Made by a program: the position numbers and the translations under genes
The notes under the pieces: generated by a model
The model's database searches: none
What the model was told of the DNA's origin: nothing
What the model saw: only the letters and a program-made list of their open reading frames with translations
Source: Candidatus Brocadiia bacterium
GTDB taxonomy: Bacteria > Planctomycetota > Brocadiia > SM23-32
Direction of reading: 5' to 3'
Length of the DNA stretch: 36,979 bases
Assembly (NCBI GenBank): GCA_046538485.1
Contig: JBKHIT010000052.1
Coordinates: 1 to 36,979, forward strand
Shown: in pieces, positions 35,583-36,979 of the stretch
Layout: each line of letters opens with the position of its first letter
How positions within the stretch are numbered: position 1 is the first letter of the stretch

Positions 35583-35758
35583 CAGGGGAATTGGAAGGGC
35601 CGCCGGGTTTGTTGCGATACCGTGAGGCTACCAGCACCTCAGCGTTGCCGAACAATCCTGATCAGGTATGATTTTACGTATTGGGCCGGGGTTGCTGGTA
35701 TCAACTGGCTCCGCGGGTCAAGCTGCGAATCGTCAGGGAGAGTCGGGTCGGGAAAATA

Positions 35759-36880
35759 TCAGGTTTCAAGATCCTGGCTTGCCTGTTGGGCACGGGCGTA
35801 GGAATGGATTTCCAGAACGCTGAGGATGTAGGCGAGGGTGGACTCCGCACCCTGATTGGGGGCGGCGGCCCCTTCGGCGACAAGTCCATCGTGACAGCCG
35901 CCGGTATCCGGGTTGTACAGAGGGGTGTTGACGTCGTTTTCGCCCCGAAACCATTCGAAGCACATTTTGGCTCGACGCGTCCATTCTTCTTCGGCAGTGA
36001 GGCGGGCCGCACAGAGGCAGGCCTGCACCAGGGCTTTGGCTTCGATCGGTTGCTGATCGAACTGGGCGCGTTCTTTCCCCCGCACATACCAGCCTCGGTT
36101 TCCGATAATCGAGAGTTGTCCGTGATCGTTGGTCTGAACCTGGCAAACCCATCGGAGAACGGAGAGAGCGTCCCGCACCATATCTTCGCGCCCGAGTGCA
36201 TGACCTGAGACAAGCAGGGCGTGCGGGGGTTTGGCGTTACCCCAGGTGAGGCGGTCTTCCCACCACGGCCATTGTTCCGTGGCTTCGCTTTTCCAGGCTT
36301 CATAGAGCCTTTCGGCGAGTTCGCCCTGGAGCTGTTCCGCTTCCGGGCAACCATTTTCGCTTCGGCGGTATTGGTCGATTCCGAGTAGTGCGTAGGCCCA
36401 GGGGCGGATGTGTGTGAACTGGGCGGCCGGAGGTAACGCGTTGCGAAATAGCTCTTCGGCCATTCCCCGGATATCTTTCATGTGACCCCGTCGTGTTGCA
36501 ATCCCCAGGGCCCAGAGCGCACGGGCGTGGCTGTCCTCTGAGCCGACATTTTCTTTCCAGGTCCGATCGTAGTCCATGAAGTTTTTGAAACGTCGGGTTT
36601 CGGGATCGAAGGCGTAAGACAGGAACGCCAGATAGCGTTGCATGGCGACGAGGAGACTGTCGCGGGAAGCGCCTTCATCGCCAGTCTGGCGTTCAGGCCA
36701 GAGGTGGCAGAACATTACACCGGCAATGAGTGCGCGGGCATTATCGTCGGTGCAGTATCCATGGTGAAGGTTGGGGGTGGCAGTGGTGGCATGCTGCAGG
36801 ATACCGGTGTCATCGGTAAGCAATAGCATATGACGTAAATCAACTTCGGGCAGGGGGCTGATCCCGATCGTGGGGAGCAT
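35759..36880 (-). CDS. Helical domain of the type found C-terminal to GT4 glycosyltransferases; the gene may begin beyond the window
   Basis: LTDDTGILQHA, GYCTDDNARAL, F.NFMDYDRTW, SEDSHARALWALG, WWED.LTW.NA, FDQQPIEA, WF.GEN, GGCHDGL, NQGAESTL. The frame stays open from 36880 to the window edge. Confidence 0.8.
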   Translation of the reverse strand: MLPTIGISPLPEVDLRHMLLLTDDTGILQHATTATPNLHHGYCTDDNARALIAGVMFCHLWPERQTGDEGASRDSLLVAMQRYLAFLSYAFDPETRRFKNFMDYDRTWKENVGSEDSHARALWALGIATRRGHMKDIRGMAEELFRNALPPAAQFTHIRPWAYALLGIDQYRRSENGCPEAEQLQGELAERLYEAWKSEATEQWPWWEDRLTWGNAKPPHALLVSGHALGREDMVRDALSVLRWVCQVQTNDHGQLSIIGNRGWYVRGKERAQFDQQPIEAKALVQACLCAARLTAEEEWTRRAKMCFEWFRGENDVNTPLYNPDTGGCHDGLVAEGAAAPNQGAESTLAYILSVLEIHSYARAQQASQDLET

Positions 36881-36979
36881 CCGTATGTTTCTCCGAAAGT
36901 CAGTCTTGAATAACCTGCCAACTCTTCCGTAAACATTCGGTAAAGTGCGTTGCAGCAGGGGGAGATCAGTCGCTGCAGA

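Noticed and set aside
35681..36354. Alternative ORFs 35681..36208 (+) and 35701..36354 (-)
   Set aside because: They overlap the motif-rich 35759..36880 gene and have no recognisable features.

Overview
Bacterial chromosomal window. Gene content (VWA/GATase-like membrane protein, long-hairpin efflux adaptor, S4-less TlyA, acidic proteins) suggests, by inference only, a PVC/Planctomycetota-like organism. The first ~900 bp is a non-coding mosaic of REP-like hairpins. A + strand block follows: an atypical PHP-domain gene with kdgK, then an 8-gene, ~12.8 kb operon (3542-16359). That operon joins three SPFH/HflK-HflC-like proteins, a His-tailed P1B ATPase with an unusual CPC/HNxSS signature, and a PilH/PilI/PilG-like ABC module. 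No ftsH or pilin gene lies in the window. This operon is the best candidate for an undescribed system, and the whole + block is bracketed by an exact 22-bp inverted repeat (689-710 / 16448-16469). The rest holds a VWA-GATase-like gene, a 14-repeat ankyrin protein, ilvD, an orphan mreD, a GH29-like remnant, queE, a sugar isomerase, an internally deleted C45 peptidase, tlyA, pcrA/uvrD, a TetR-controlled MacAB-TolC-like operon with a visible operator, and a GT4-associated domain gene at the right edge. No tRNA, rRNA, CRISPR array, transposase or integrase was recognised. All assignments come from motif recognition by eye; no searches were run.
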